Shown here one piece after another: positions 39,297 through 52,856 of a stretch of 64,000 nt of DNA (its first letter is position 1; the number at the start of each line of letters is the position of its first letter). The position numbers and the translations under genes were made by a program. The notes under the pieces were generated by a model. That model did no database searches and was not told where the DNA came from. It saw only the letters and a program-made list of their open reading frames with translations. The stretch is taken from NCBI GenBank assembly GCA_951406725.2, contig OX597817.1:40610001-40674000 (forward strand), in the 5' to 3' direction. The DNA is from Octopus vulgaris (lineage: Eukaryota).

Positions 39297-40460
39297 CATA
39301 CACACACATACACACAACTGGTTCAAAATTATACAAAGAACAAAAAACAAAAGATAGAGAGACAGATAAGGGAACAACATACAAGATGTATTTAGTTTGA
39401 CACTCAGGAAAAATGTAAGACATCTTTAATGTTTCAAACCTATGCTCTTCTATAGAAAAGAATAAGGAGAGAAAACAGAACAATAGGACACTAGTTGGTT
39501 GTGTTATAGGAGCTTCCATTCTTAGAAGTGAAACAGACAATAGTGTGTTTCTAAAATACAGAGAAGATTGAAGAGTTTAGTGAGTAAAAGAACAAGACTG
39601 CACTGTTTGAGTATAACGGAAGGGAGATTGTCAGGGATAGTGATTTTGGTTAGAAAGAATCAGACATATTTTCATGTAATGTGTGTGTGAGTGCATACAA
39701 GATAGGGAGCCTGGTGGAATGGAAAAAAGATATATTTGGAAATGATTTTCCAAATATATGGGTGAGGGGTTGGATGAAAAATATAATGAAAGAGGATGCT
39801 TTCTCAATGGAAATACTGCCAATGGAACCATTGTTGTTGAGAAGTGGAGGAAAAGAGGGATCCATAAAGTTTGATGGAGTTCTTTTGACAAGGAATCTGA
39901 AGGATTAACTATAGTTTAGGAGGCTGTATAAGATGGATAAATTTACTGTTATTTATTGAAAGCTTTAGTGATGAAGATTGCTGATGATGTGAAAACGTCC
40001 TATTTTTCTCTTAAATAAACAGACAAATTACTGGTAATCTTTTTAAAAATTTGTTTAAGGGATAATTGTCTTTTCATCAGAGGATGCACACTTATTCTTC
40101 AGTTACCCAAAGAATTCCATCCATTCATTTTCTTCAACACTATTCCTGGAAGGATCATAAGAGTAAGTTCCTTAGGCACTTACCCCACAGGGTCTTAACA
40201 GAAGTAATTGTCATTCCACTTTCCTGTTGGATTCCCGAGTATGACAAACTGAGATTATAGATATTGTACAACCAACTCATTCTTGGTCTACCCCCAGGTC
40301 TAATCCGTGGTCTACCCATCGATTGGCTACGCTTGAAAAATTGATCTTTTGATCCTTTCCTGTGACATTCTAATCAGATATCCATAATACTGGACCTATT
40401 GGTGTAGATAAGTAACTACTTGATCTAAAGAGACTCTCTGACTTCTGAATTACATACTCT

Positions 40461-40873
40461 GTCTCTTTTACTTGTTTCAGTTATTTGACTGCGGCCATGC
40501 TGGAGCACTGCCTTTAGTCAAGCAAATCAACCCCAGGACTTATTCTTTATAAGCCTAGTACTTATTCTATCAGTCTCTTTTTGCTGAACCACTAAGTTAC
40601 GGGGGACGTAAACATCGGTTGCCAGCATCGGTTGTCGAGTGATGGTGGGGGGACAAACACAGATACACAAACATACACACAACCCCCCCCCCCACATATA
40701 TATATATATACACATATATACGACGAGCTTCTTTCAGTTTCTGTCTACCAAATCTACTCACAAGGCTTTGGTCAGCCCGAGGCTATAGTAGAAGACACTT
40801 GCCCAAGGTACCATGCAGTGGGACTGAACCCGGAACCATGTGGTTGGTAAGCTAGCTACTTACCACACAGCCA
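40461..40873 (-). mobile_element. SINE family A
   Basis: Full-length copy. Confidence 0.88.
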
Positions 40874-41457
40874 CAAGTAACATTACTCAGAGATCTTTCT
40901 GAGGAAATCCATTTTGGCTGCTTGTATTTGCAATCATACTCTTTCAGTCATAAATCATCCATCATGAGCATAGGTAAAGCTAGGCACGAAAACTGACTGA
41001 ATATAACAAGTTTGGCTTTTTCACCAACCTCTCGGAACAGTAGCTTATCCGGATAAAATATATATTTTGGCAGTTTTTGTATCTGGGCATTGATGATGTA
41101 TGTGCAAAATTAGATGTTTTATTTCTGGCTTTACTCCAGTGGTTCTGAGTCATTACTGGTTTTTATATCCTCACATCTGCTCAAACCAGTCTTTCAAGAT
41201 ACATGGAAAAGGTTTTCTCTCTATTTTTTCCTTTAGAAACTATTACATACTGCTCAACTTTGATTTTTTTATTTCATATTTGTTTCTTTTATTTTTTTGT
41301 TCACATATAAACATTTTATTAAATTTATAAATTTTCATTAGTATAATTAGCTTCTAGTTGGTTTTTATTGTTTCCTTGTAGAGAGAAAAAAGGTTTTCCT
41401 CTCATTTTACCTTACTGTACTAATCTGTCTATATTGGCTTCCTCGACCACCACCACC

Positions 41458-41534
<77 letters not shown>

Positions 41535-41739
41535 AAGTATTCATATTGTCTTCCTCTTCATCTTTCTTCTCCTTCTTTTCACCTGTTTCACCACCACCAT
41601 CATCATCAGTGAGCAAACAAGTGCCCATATATCTTAATATATAAAATCAAGAAATTTCAATAACTAAATGATTGGAAGTGTAATTATGAGGGGAGGGATT
41701 GTATATTAAATTGTGATAAAGTGAAGCATTTGGCCTTAC

Positions 41740-41859
41740 CTTAGTTCCACCAATCCCCCCAGTAAATAATTCATCTGTAACAGAGTTGAATACCATAAAA
41801 GAGGCTCCTATTGTTCCAGAATTCATTATATAAACCTCTTCAAAATCCTTATTGAGAAC
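41740..41859 (-). CDS. WDR87/97-like exon (VLNKDFEEVYIMNSGTIGASFMVFNSVTDELFTGGIGGTK)
   Basis: Acceptor tttttcag, donor gtaagg; 120 nt, phase 0->0; WD-like strand FNSVTDELFTGG. Confidence 0.92.
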
Positions 41860-41877
41860 CTGAAAAATATGGTACAT

Positions 41878-41938
<61 letters not shown>

Positions 41939-42572
41939 CAAAAGAATGTGTTATAATTCTATTCCATATATACAAAAACAGCCACACCAACAATTCAACA
42001 TACCTCCATCATCAGCTGCCCCACAGATATCATTATGGTTTTGACACCTGGGCAGTACCACTCAATTCGGCAGTGTCAACAGCACTAAAATAAGTGTTGT
42101 TTGGGAATAAATATACCAAAGAAACTACAACTTTCAAACACATTTACCTATGTACAACAGTATCGGTAAATAAATTCAATACATATATATATGTGTGTGT
42201 ATGTATATATAAATATATATAAATAAGGATAAGATCATTATTTAACTATCGAACTTATCAAGTGACCAGCATGGGAATAAAAACCTTCAAAGGTAATGAC
42301 TATTATTAAATTATAATTTAGGGTATCTAAGAGATACCACCATGCTTGAAATAGCAGCCAAAACTTGACTCTAAAACCACATTAAAAGTTCATACAGCAC
42401 CAGGAGAGAAGACAAACAGAAAAAATAAACTAGCAAAAAAATTACTGGATAATTCCAGATCCCGGATTTCTGGATCTTCATAAGAAATGCTTTGCCTCTT
42501 CAGTGGAATATACACAGCACATAAATACAAATATATATATATAACATATGAATACTTACATGTGTGTGTATG

Positions 42573-42608
<36 letters not shown>

Positions 42609-43699
42609 TACATATACATGGATGAATATATGTGCATGCATGTGTATATGTGTGTGTGAGTATGCATGCAGGAGCACATGTGTATGTGCATACTTAAGTG
42701 TTTGTGTACATACATGTGTGTGCAAGTGTGTGTTCATGTGTGCATGTATGTGCATGTTTGTATATGTCTGTGTATGCTTCCATGTTTATGTGTACATGTG
42801 TATGTAGGTGCATATGTGTGGGTGCATGTGTATGTCTATGTGCATACATTCATTTAATCATGAATAACCAACAAAGGTTATTGAATGTTTTGGTTTGCTA
42901 ACAAAAAAAAAAAAAAGAAAAGAAAAGAATTTTCATGATTTCATCCACTTCAAACCATTATTCACCTGAATCTAATTCCTGCAGACAACTACAGACAGCT
43001 TTAACCTTGAGATACAGAACACAACAACTCCACAGAAGTGATGATAAATTTTCTCTTTGAAACTCGTTGAAATATAATTCTTCTTTGAAACTCTAATACA
43101 CAGTTAATATAGATGTTACACAAACCTATATGGAAGAAGCATGACAAGGTTGAAATTCTTATAAAGAGATTGATGAAAAATTCTTGAAATTGAACACTAA
43201 GCTATCTCCTGATTTTATAATAAAGAATGATGCTCCACCATTAAAGCTGACAACACTCACATCAGTGTTAATGTAGAGTGTCATTTGTATTTTGAATTCA
43301 GGCTGAAAGATGTTAATCTCTGTCAGCAGGAAGCCTCAGGTGTCAGAGAAAGAAAAAAAATCCTAACAAAAAGTGTGTGTGTGTATGTGTGTGTGTGTGT
43401 GTGTGTGTATGTTTTAGACATAATTTTAAACTTGCTGGAAAAGTAAATACTGTGATTAACATACACGTTTCTTTCTTCCTTCCTGTCTGTCTCTCCCTTT
43501 CTCTTTATCTCCCTCTCTCTTTCCATACATACATACACACACACATATATATATATACACACACATATACATAAGACCATATACATATACATAAGACCAT
43601 AGCGGATCTACTTCTAGCATAATGGTTGTCCACATAGTGGTCCTCCCTCTCATATGTATGTAACACACATATACATATGTATGTATGTATGTATATATT

Positions 43700-43885
43700 T
43701 CGAGAATTCACAAAAAAACAAAAGACGAAGACAGGTGGGGTAGAAAACAAACAGATGTATTAGTATAACGCTCAGGAATTGAAAAAGTCTTTTACATTTC
43801 GAGCCTACACTCTTCTACAGAAAGGGACACAGAAAAAAACAAGGAGAGAAAAATAATGTGTGTAGTGGCTACCGATCTATCATGG
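43700..43885 (-). mobile_element. Short PLE terminal-repeat-like element with a degenerate hammerhead
   Basis: Minus strand CUUU CUGUAGA AGAGU-GUAG-GCUC GAAA UG UA AAAG; flanked by TA/TATG repeats. Confidence 0.55.
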
Positions 43886-44329
43886 CAACATATATATGTA
43901 TGTATGTATGTCTCTTCCCCTACATCCAGTCTGTACCGGTCGAACCTTCCCTGCTACTCATTTTCATAACACTCAAATCTCTGACTATGACTCTATTGCT
44001 CAGCTGCTATAATTATAAGAGAGCTGAACTGCACATACTCCTTCCCCATTTTTTTGTGCTACCACACCCCACTTCTTGGAATCACTCCCCTTGCCACCCA
44101 TCTCACTCTCCCAACATCATTCCTTACCACTATATGTCCACTGAATGCCCATTTCACCTGAACATCCTCTCATCTCTGCTATCGTTGTCCCTTTTAATTC
44201 ACTATATCCATCTCCATGTATGCCTGACATTTGTCCCTATGCATCTTCTGCCTTCACCCATACCTAATCATCCAGCCATCTTTGCTTCTCCTCTCTCCTT
44301 CTTATTCACTCTCTATACAATTTCTTGTG

Positions 44330-44625
44330 TGGAGGCACATGGCCTAGTGGTTAGAGCAGTGGACTCGCGGTCGAGGAATCACGGGTTCGAATCTCAGACC
44401 AGGCGATGTGTGTGTTTATGATTGAAACACCTAAGCTCCATGCGGCTCCGGCAGAAGGTAATGGTGAACCTCTGCTGACTCTATCACCACAACATTCTCT
44501 CACTCTTTCCTTCTGCATCTTGCAGCTCACCTGTGACAGACTGGCGTCCCGTCCAGGTGGGGAACCTATACGCCAAGGAAACCGGAAAACTGGCCGTATG
44601 AGCCAGGTATGGCTCGAGAAGGAAC
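44330..44625 (+). mobile_element. tRNA-derived SINE family D
   Basis: tggcctagtggttagagc...gggttcgaatctc A/B boxes; related copies at about 4238-4505, 24128-24380 and 61058-61440. Confidence 0.8.
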
Positions 44626-44827
44626 ATCATACATACACTTTGTGAATCTCCCTGAGAAGTATGTGAAGGATATGCATGTCTGTGTAGTGCTCAGCTACTT
44701 GCACATTAATTTCATGAGTAGGCTGTTCCATTGATCAGATTAAGTAGAACCCTTATCATCATAACTGATGGAGTGTCAGCTATACACCTTCTTGTACGTT
44801 GAGGGTATACCCTGATATCTCATCTTC

Positions 44828-45310
44828 AGTACTACTTTAGTGTGCCGTCTCCCACAGTATCCGGTCTGCGCTGTGAAACTACTTTTAGTGTGTGGTCTAC
44901 TTTTTCTTATCCTCTTAACCTGAGTTAATTTTAACCATTACAATGCTGTTAAAGGATTTCTATAGACGTATAATTTTAAAGAAAATGAGAGGCGTTAGTA
45001 GTGAACTTTTCTAGTTACACCTTGATCACTTTTGCTGGGAAGTTTTGAGAAAGATGCAACAGATTTGTTAGTAGCATTCCTAAATGATGTACAAATTGTG
45101 TATCGCTAATTAAGATTTAAGAGTAAGTTTTAATAAATCATTATTCAACATTATTCAATTTGTTTTTATCATCCAGTAGTATAAAGTTCTTATAGCGGAG
45201 GTAGACCGTACGTTAAAGTGTAAAAGGGTAAGAAAAGGTAGACCACATGCTAAAAGTAATTTCACAGCATAGACTGGATACTGTGGTAGACTGCACGCTA
45301 AAGTAGCACC
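44828..45310 (+). mobile_element. Non-autonomous Merlin derivative (MITE)
   Basis: About 85-bp TIRs ending in CC; 8-bp flanks tcatcttc/acatctcc; interior encodes a remnant (KMRGVS..LDHFCWEVLR..DLLVAFLNDVQIVYR*) homologous to the C-terminus at 24660-24875. Confidence 0.82.
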
Positions 45311-45599
45311 ACATCTCCCCTATCCTTATTCCTTTTTTATGCTAGAGCACCTCTATTTCTCTTCTACAGCAAGAAACCTATTCCTGTTTATCTTTCCTAC
45401 TTTACCCTCTTTACATCTAGCATAATGCCACCTCTCTCGGTACTGCAAACCATATTTTGAAGCTGTCTTGTCTTGCATGTTACTTGGTGACTCCACTAAT
45501 GCTGGTGCTGTGAAAAAAATATCCAGTACATTCCATAAAGTGGTTGACATGATGAAGAGCATTCATCCAAGGTAGACAATGGGGGGGGAGGAACATATC

Positions 45600-45832
45600 C
45601 TATTTCTTTACTACCCACAAGGGGCTAAACACAGAGGGGACAAACAAGGATAGACAAACAGATTAAGTCAATTATATCGACCCCAGTGCGTAACTGGTAC
45701 TTATTTAATCGACCACGAAAGGATGAAAGGCAAAACTGACCTCGGTGGAATTTGAACTCAGAATGTAGCGGCAGACAAAATACCACTAAGCATTTCACCC
45801 GGCGTGCTAACGTTTCTGCCAATTCGCCACCT
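45600..45832 (-). mobile_element. SINE family B
   Basis: Full copy. Confidence 0.85.
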
Positions 45833-46084
45833 TGTTATAGAGACAGATGAAATACCTAGGGGGTGGGGGGGAACATATCCCTAATGTTAGTCAGGTCCTG
45901 TTGAACCAGCCAATATGAGCCAGCATTGAGCATGAAGATTATAAATGATGATGGTATATGTATGAATAGATATTCTATGAGCTTCTGCATACTTTGTCTA
46001 TGAAATACCTTTCACAAAGTATAAGAGACATCACATTCGTTGAGAAAAACCTCTTCAGATAGATAATATATGAGGGATTCATAA

Positions 46085-46530
46085 GGCAGCAAGCTGACTG
46101 AATCATTACCATGGCAGACAAAATGCTTAATGGCATTTTGTCACCTCTTTACATTCTAAGTTCAAATCCCACAGAGGCTGACTTTGCCTTTCATCCTTAT
46201 GAGGTTGTTGATAAAATAAGTACCAAATGATGACTAATGTCAATGTAGTTGATTATCCCACCCTCTTGCTGGCCTTGTGCCAAAATTTGAAACTGGTATT
46301 ATGAAGAATTCATAAGGTGGTTACTACACTGGGCAAAATGCTTAGTAGCATCTCATCCATTTTTACATTCTGAGTCCAAATTCCTCTGAGGTCAACTTTG
46401 CCATTCATCCTTTCGAGCTTGATAAAATGAGTACCAGTTGCATATTGGGGGTTGTTGTAATCGACTAGTCCCCTCCCCAAAATTGCTGGCTTTGTACCAA
46501 AATCTGAAACTGGTATTATGAAGAATTCAT
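46085..46530 (+). mobile_element. SINE family B, old tandem duplication
   Basis: Two copies, each followed by gaaactggtattatgaagaattcat. Confidence 0.8.
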
Positions 46531-46562
46531 GCCTTCACAGTTCTACTTAGCAGCAACAGAAA

Positions 46563-47060
46563 TCATCATCATCATCATCATCGTTTAACATCCGTTTTCC
46601 ATGCTAGCATGGGTTGGATGGTTCGACCGGGATCTGGGAAGCCAGGGGGCTGCGCCAGGCTCCAGTCTGATCTGGCAATGTTTCTACAGCTGGATGCCCT
46701 TCCTAACGCCAACCACTCCGTGAGTGTAGTGGGTGCTTTTTACGTGCCACCAGCACAGGGGCCAGAGGAGACTGGCAAATGGCCACGATCGGTTTGTGCT
46801 TTTTACGTGTCACCGACATGGACGCCAGTCAGCATCAGTCATGTTCAGATGGTGCTTTTTATGTGCCACCAGCACGGGTATCATAACTACAATTTCCATT
46901 TGATTTTTATTTTGATGTTGATGTTGACGTACTTGACTCAATAGGTCTCCTCAAGCACAGCAGGTCACTCTATGATCCAAGGTCAGCACAGCAGACCGTC
47001 CTGCGAACCATGAACTCACTTCATTTGTCGGATCTTCACAGTCAGCATATCTCCAGAAAT
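46563..47060 (-). mobile_element. RTE-3'UTR-type repeat (family C)
   Basis: (CAT)n-cgtttaac..ccatgctagcatgggttggac; other copies at about 541, 16711, 31410-31865(+), 33840-34158(+), 48358, 52225-52805(+), 54665-54905(+), 56065 and 63793. Confidence 0.85.
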
Positions 47061-47487
47061 CTAAACTAGATTATTTGCCTCTGCATTGTACAACATATCA
47101 GTGACAGAAGCACGAACAATACGACATTGATGATTCACTAATGTATTATAAAAGAGAGATTCATAATTTGCGTGAGTTTTCAGTTGACATTGTATGTTTT
47201 ACTATATGATGGAAAAACAACAAACCGCAGTTTACTTTAGCAGAGGAGAATATTGTTTCTTAGTTATTGCTAGTTTTTATGCTATCATTTTGTACAACAG
47301 TTTATTTTATCGCTGTAAGATTTGTTTCTGTTGTTTCAGATATATCATTTGTTTGTTGACTCTGTTATGCTATGAGTTGAATAAAGCTGGAGGATATCAA
47401 AGGTTTTGGGTTTGTTACAATGTCAAAGCTATGGTGAAAAAACAAAACAAAAAGACGTTTGTGGGATACATTGCTATTTATATAGTA

Positions 47488-47997
47488 CTAGCAGTATCGC
47501 CCGGCGTTGCTCGGGTTTGTAAGGGAAATAACTATATAAGCATTTTTAGAGAGCTACTTCCCTTATAGATGCCAATTCGGGCTTTCTTAGCCATTTCTGT
47601 TTTGGTGTCTTCAAGCCATGAAGTCGTTGTTCTAAAAGAACGCTGGTCTCCTTGACAACGCATTACGACGTTGATTTCTTTACACTCCCTTCCCCACAGC
47701 TTCACGAGGGAGGGAAGGGGGAGAAGCAAACAGGTGCAGCTGTGAGCGTGGACGCCAACTCCGCTGCCATCGACACACGAAAAATTATGCATTAAAATGG
47801 AATAAAAAATGATGTTAAATTATTTTTAAAATCGTAGACTCATCGTTGACGCGCGCTAATAGCCAGACGGGCTCGATATGAATCACGACTATAAGATACC
47901 CGAATTTGGTTAAACTGCACCGCAAAATGTGGGAGGAGTTAGGAATCTAAATCGAAGGGGACAGACACTCACACAACTACAGTTTTATATATATAGA
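47488..47997 (-). mobile_element. Non-autonomous Helitron
   Basis: 5'-TCTATATAT...CCCGAGCAACGCCGGG...CTAG-3' in an A|T site; CpG-rich, which suggests a young insertion. Confidence 0.85.
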
Positions 47998-48769
47998 TAT
48001 CTCTCTCACTTTTCCACACAGAAAAACAAAACAACAGAAAAAAAACAGGAAGTGAATTAGTCAACATATATCAGAAAAACTTCACACATAGATAGCAAAC
48101 CTCAACAACAAACAAACAAACATTAGAAATAGCAGCTAAATCTCCCTAAAATACACTATACCATCTTAGAACATATCTTTGGATAATATAATCTTCCATT
48201 TCCTGCACTCAGCAAAAAGGTAGGCTGGTCACCGCTGGAATATTTTTGATTATATACTTGCTTGGTCAAGGCTGACTTGGGGGCTAAAAAACAACTGTAA
48301 CAACAAATGATAGCAGACACCATTAAAAAACTAGTTACTGCCTACGTTATTTACATTCATCATCATCATCATTGTCGTTTAACGTCTGCTTTCCATGCTA
48401 GCATGGGGTGGACGATTTGACTGAGGGCTGGCGAACCAGATGGCTGCACCAAGCTCCAATCTTGATTTGGCAGGGTTTCTACGGCTGCATGCCCTTCCTA
48501 ACGCCAACCACTCCGAGAGTAAAGTGGGTGCTTTTACGTGCCACTGGCACGAGGGCCAGTCAGGCGGTACTGGTAACGGTCATGGAAAATCGTGTTTTTT
48601 TTTTTACGTGTCACCTGCACACTGGCACAAGTGCCAGTAAGGCGACGCTGGTAACGATCACGCTCGAATGGTGCTTTTTACGTGCCACCAGCACAAATAT
48701 CACTTAGCTGCTCTAGCAACGATCACGCTCAGATGGTGCTCTTAGTGCTCCACAAGTCATCGAATTTGA

Positions 48770-48987
48770 TTTTTCTGATTTACATTCGACGGATATTTGT
48801 CCTTATTTTGTTTGTTGTTAACACGTTTCGGCTGATATACCCTCCAGCCTTCTTCAGGGAAATTTCGAACCTGGGTTCTCATTCCTAAGGTATTTTTCGA
48901 TCTTATTATTATTATTGTTGTTCAGGTCACTACTTGGAATCGAACTCAGGTTAGTAGCCCACACTCTTAACCACTACGCCATATGCA
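48770..48987 (-). mobile_element. tRNA-headed SINE with a hammerhead-like motif
   Basis: Head TGGCGTAGTGGTTAAGAG...GAGTTCGATTCC, (AAT)n spacer, then CUGAAGA AGGCUG-loop-CAGCC GAAA CGUG. Confidence 0.65.
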
Positions 48988-49857
48988 CGTGGGCATATAA
49001 TAATGTAAATAACGTACATAATGTACATAATTCCTCATCTCTTAAATATAGAACTGTAGTTACTTCCTGTTTATTCTTTTCTACTCTAGGAACAAAACCC
49101 CAAATTTTTTTTTTTTTTGGTGGGGGGATTCGATTACATTGATTCCAATACACAACTGGTACTTAATTTATCGACCCCGAAAGGATGAAAACCTAAGTCA
49201 ACTTCGGCAGAATTTGAATTCAGAATGTAAAGACAGACGAAATACTGCTAAGCATTTCATCCGGCATGCTAACATTTCTGCCAGTTCACTGCCCTCCCTG
49301 TTTATTGAGACTATTCTGATGTGAACAATATAAAAATTTAAGGTGTGTTTATATATATAACATGGAAGAAACAGATACAACTACATTCCTATGTTTATCC
49401 AGTTTTTTTGACATTTCAATCACAACAATCATTTTAGTCATAACAATTATTTCAGTCGCACCAATCATTTTACTCATAACATTTCATAAAGGAGATGGGA
49501 TTAGAAAGAGCTTTAAATATTAGCAGATCTGGGATTTGTATGGTTGCTAATAAAATATAGAAAACTGATAAGCTAATGGGAAAATGTTCGCTAATACAAG
49601 TTAAAACTGGAGTGTAGCTGTTTCCTATTCACATACACACACACACACACAAACACGCTTTATGTCGAACTAATAAGAAAGGAATGCTCAATATATGCTG
49701 TAGAAGATATGGGTTTCTTTTTTATTGAAACACAAACTGAAGCTAGCATGACTGTTTTGTATATATATCTACATACATACATACATATATATATATCTAC
49801 ATACATACATACGTACATATATATCTGCATACATACATACATGCATACATACATACA

Positions 49858-49892
<35 letters not shown>

Positions 49893-49939
49893 CTACATAC
49901 ATACATACGGACATTAAACGATGATGATGATGGTATATA

Positions 49940-49979
<40 letters not shown>

Positions 49980-50156
49980 AACATATAAACATATATATGA
50001 CGGGCTTCTTTCCGTCTACCAAATCCATACACTAGGCTTTGGTTGGCCTGAGGCTATAATAGAAGACACTTGCTGAAGGTGCCACGCAGTGAAACTGAAT
50101 CCGGAACCATTTGGCTCGTGAGCAAGCTACTTACCACATAGCCACTCCTACGCCTA

Positions 50157-50202
<46 letters not shown>

Positions 50203-50693
50203 GAGTGAGCGAGCAGAGCATGCCATCAAAGTGACACTGGGGTAAAATATACGAAGCCCAGTATACCCATCATGACTACCCGTCTGATAAGGGTACACCA
50301 GGCACATGCATCACAACCATATGTGCGCAACATGGTGATCTCATATCAAGATAAACAGCACATGTCCTTGCAGGTGGAGCCCAGTTAGAATTTTCTTCAG
50401 ATCGAGTAACCCATCCTGCTCAAAAGGTCCCTGAATAAGGGTTGTTTAAGGACGTTGAACGAAACACCCATGTTTCCAGAGGTGAATTATTCAAACCCCA
50501 AAGAATCCTTCTCAACACATGGCTATGATGCTCCCCCACTACTTCTGCTCGTGATCAGAGATGCACATATCGTCAGCCACTAAGGGACATGCTCAACTGG
50601 TTAAGGTCAAACAACTGACAAGCAAATCTGTGGTATTGAGCAGAATATTTGCTGTAGCCCATCTTTTATACCAAGACAAAACAATGTACATGG
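50203..50693. mobile_element. About 490-bp insertion in an (ATT)n tract, probably the 3' end of a TAA-targeting retroelement
   Basis: Flanked by (ATT)n on both sides; absent from the paralogous site at about 54000-54035. Confidence 0.7.
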
Positions 50694-50726
<33 letters not shown>

Positions 50727-51101
50727 TCACTGCTTAGAATCGAACTCGGGATCTTGGGGTTAGTAACCCTTGCTAACTACTATGCCATATGCCCATCGGC
50801 CACCACTCTCATCACCATTGTCATCATCATTACCATCTAGCATCCATCTTCTGTGCTGGCTTAGATTGGGCATTTTGACAGGATCTAGCTAGCCAATTGG
50901 CTGCGTTAAGCTCCAGTGTTAGCTTTTTATGGGTTTCTTTTTTATTGAAACACAAACTGAAGCTAACATGACTGTTTTGCATCATGAGTTCTAGTGGTGT
51001 ATGTATGTATGTATGTATGTATGAATGTATGTATGTATGTATGTATGTATGTATGCATGTATGTATGTATGTATGTGTGTGTGTGTATGTATGTATGTGT
51101 G

Positions 51102-51135
<34 letters not shown>

Positions 51136-51327
51136 TGTATGTATGTACGTGTCTTTTTGTTGAAGATAGCGAGAGTTTGTCTCACAGCTTGAGTTTCACG
51201 CCACTAAAACTCATGTTACAAAACAATCATGTTCCTGCTTCAATAATAAAAAAAAAAAAGAACCATATCTTCTACAGCATATAGTGGGCACTCCTCTCTT
51301 ATTAGTTCAATATGATGCAATGCCATG

Positions 51328-51362
<35 letters not shown>

Positions 51363-52178
51363 AGGAAACAGTTACACTCCAGTTTTAACTAGTATGCATG
51401 TATGTATGTAGACATACATATATATCTAAATACATACATACATACATACATGTCTGGTCACTTGTGTGGTTTCTTATGAGTGCTACTGGTAACATGATGT
51501 CCAGTTCAGCCTGTTGTATGGTCAGTTCATCAGTGGTTAAACCAGCACTCCTAACAGGCTAGAAACTCAGCAGGACTAAAAACAAGGTTTGTCAAAAGGA
51601 CAGATGAACTAAGTGTAGACTCAACGACTATCTGTCAATAGCACAATCACTCAGAAATTCTGGTTAGTGTCTAGCATGCTGGATGACCACTGGGAGTGAG
51701 ACTCTTCTCAGCTTTTGTCAAAACATGACTCCGGGCAAAGGTCACCCTGATATGAAACCAGATCTCTTATTTCACATGTCTTTGAATGCACAAAATCAGA
51801 TGGGGATTTGTTGACAGAGGAAACAATAACCAAGTCAACTCTTATGGGTGAGTGATTTTTGGTGAATTGCAAATAGAGAAGCACATATATGCATGCACAT
51901 TCACATGCATGCATGCACACATGCACACACACGTTCATATACATGTACAAACACACTCATATACTCTTTTACGCTTTTACTTGTTTCAGTCATTTGACTG
52001 TGGCCATGCTGGAGCACTACCTTTAGTTGTGCAAATCAACCCCAGGACTTATTCTCTGTAAGCCTAGTACTTATTCTATCGGTCTTTTTTGCCCAACTAC
52101 TAAGTTACGGGGACGTAAACACACCAGCATCGGTTGTCAAGCAATGTTGGGGGGATAAACACAGACACACAAACATAA

Positions 52179-52212
<34 letters not shown>

Positions 52213-52819
52213 CAGGGGTGTAACCAGCTCACTATGTGTACCTTTTCCTTCTTTGGACCCTAAACTCTGCTTGCGAAGACCTGTTGAGGCAAGTGAAATC
52301 AAACTCAAATCCAATGACTGGCATCCGTGCTAGCGGGGTACAAAGAACACCGTACGAATGTGATCGTTGACAGAACGGCTAACTAGCTTCTGTGCCAGTG
52401 GCACATAAAAGGCACCATTCGAGTGTGATTGTCAACAGCGTCACCTTACTGGCACTTGTGCCCGTGCTAGTAGGGTGCTAAGAGCACCATCTGAGCGTGA
52501 TTGTTGGCAGAGTGGCTAACTGGCTTCCGTGCTGGTGGCACGTAAAAGGCACCATTCGAGCGTGATCGTTACCAGCATTGCCTTACTGGCACCTGTGCCG
52601 ATGGCATGTGTAAAAAGATTTGAGCGAGGTTGTTGCCAGAACCACCTGACTGATCCCCATGGTTGGCGTCAGGAAGGGTACCCAGCTGTAGAAACTCTAC
52701 CAGATCAAGATTGGAGTCTGGTGCAGCCATCTAGTTCGCCAGCCCTCAGTCAAATCATCCAACCAATGCTAGCATGGAAAGCGGACATTAAACGATGATG
52801 ATGATGGTATATATATATA

Positions 52820-52848
<29 letters not shown>

Positions 52849-52856
<8 letters not shown>

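Noticed and set aside
44330-44405. tRNA-like sequences (also 4238, 24128, 48921, 50720, 54036, 61058)
   Set aside because: No closed acceptor stem; they run into repeat bodies, so they are SINE heads rather than tRNA genes.
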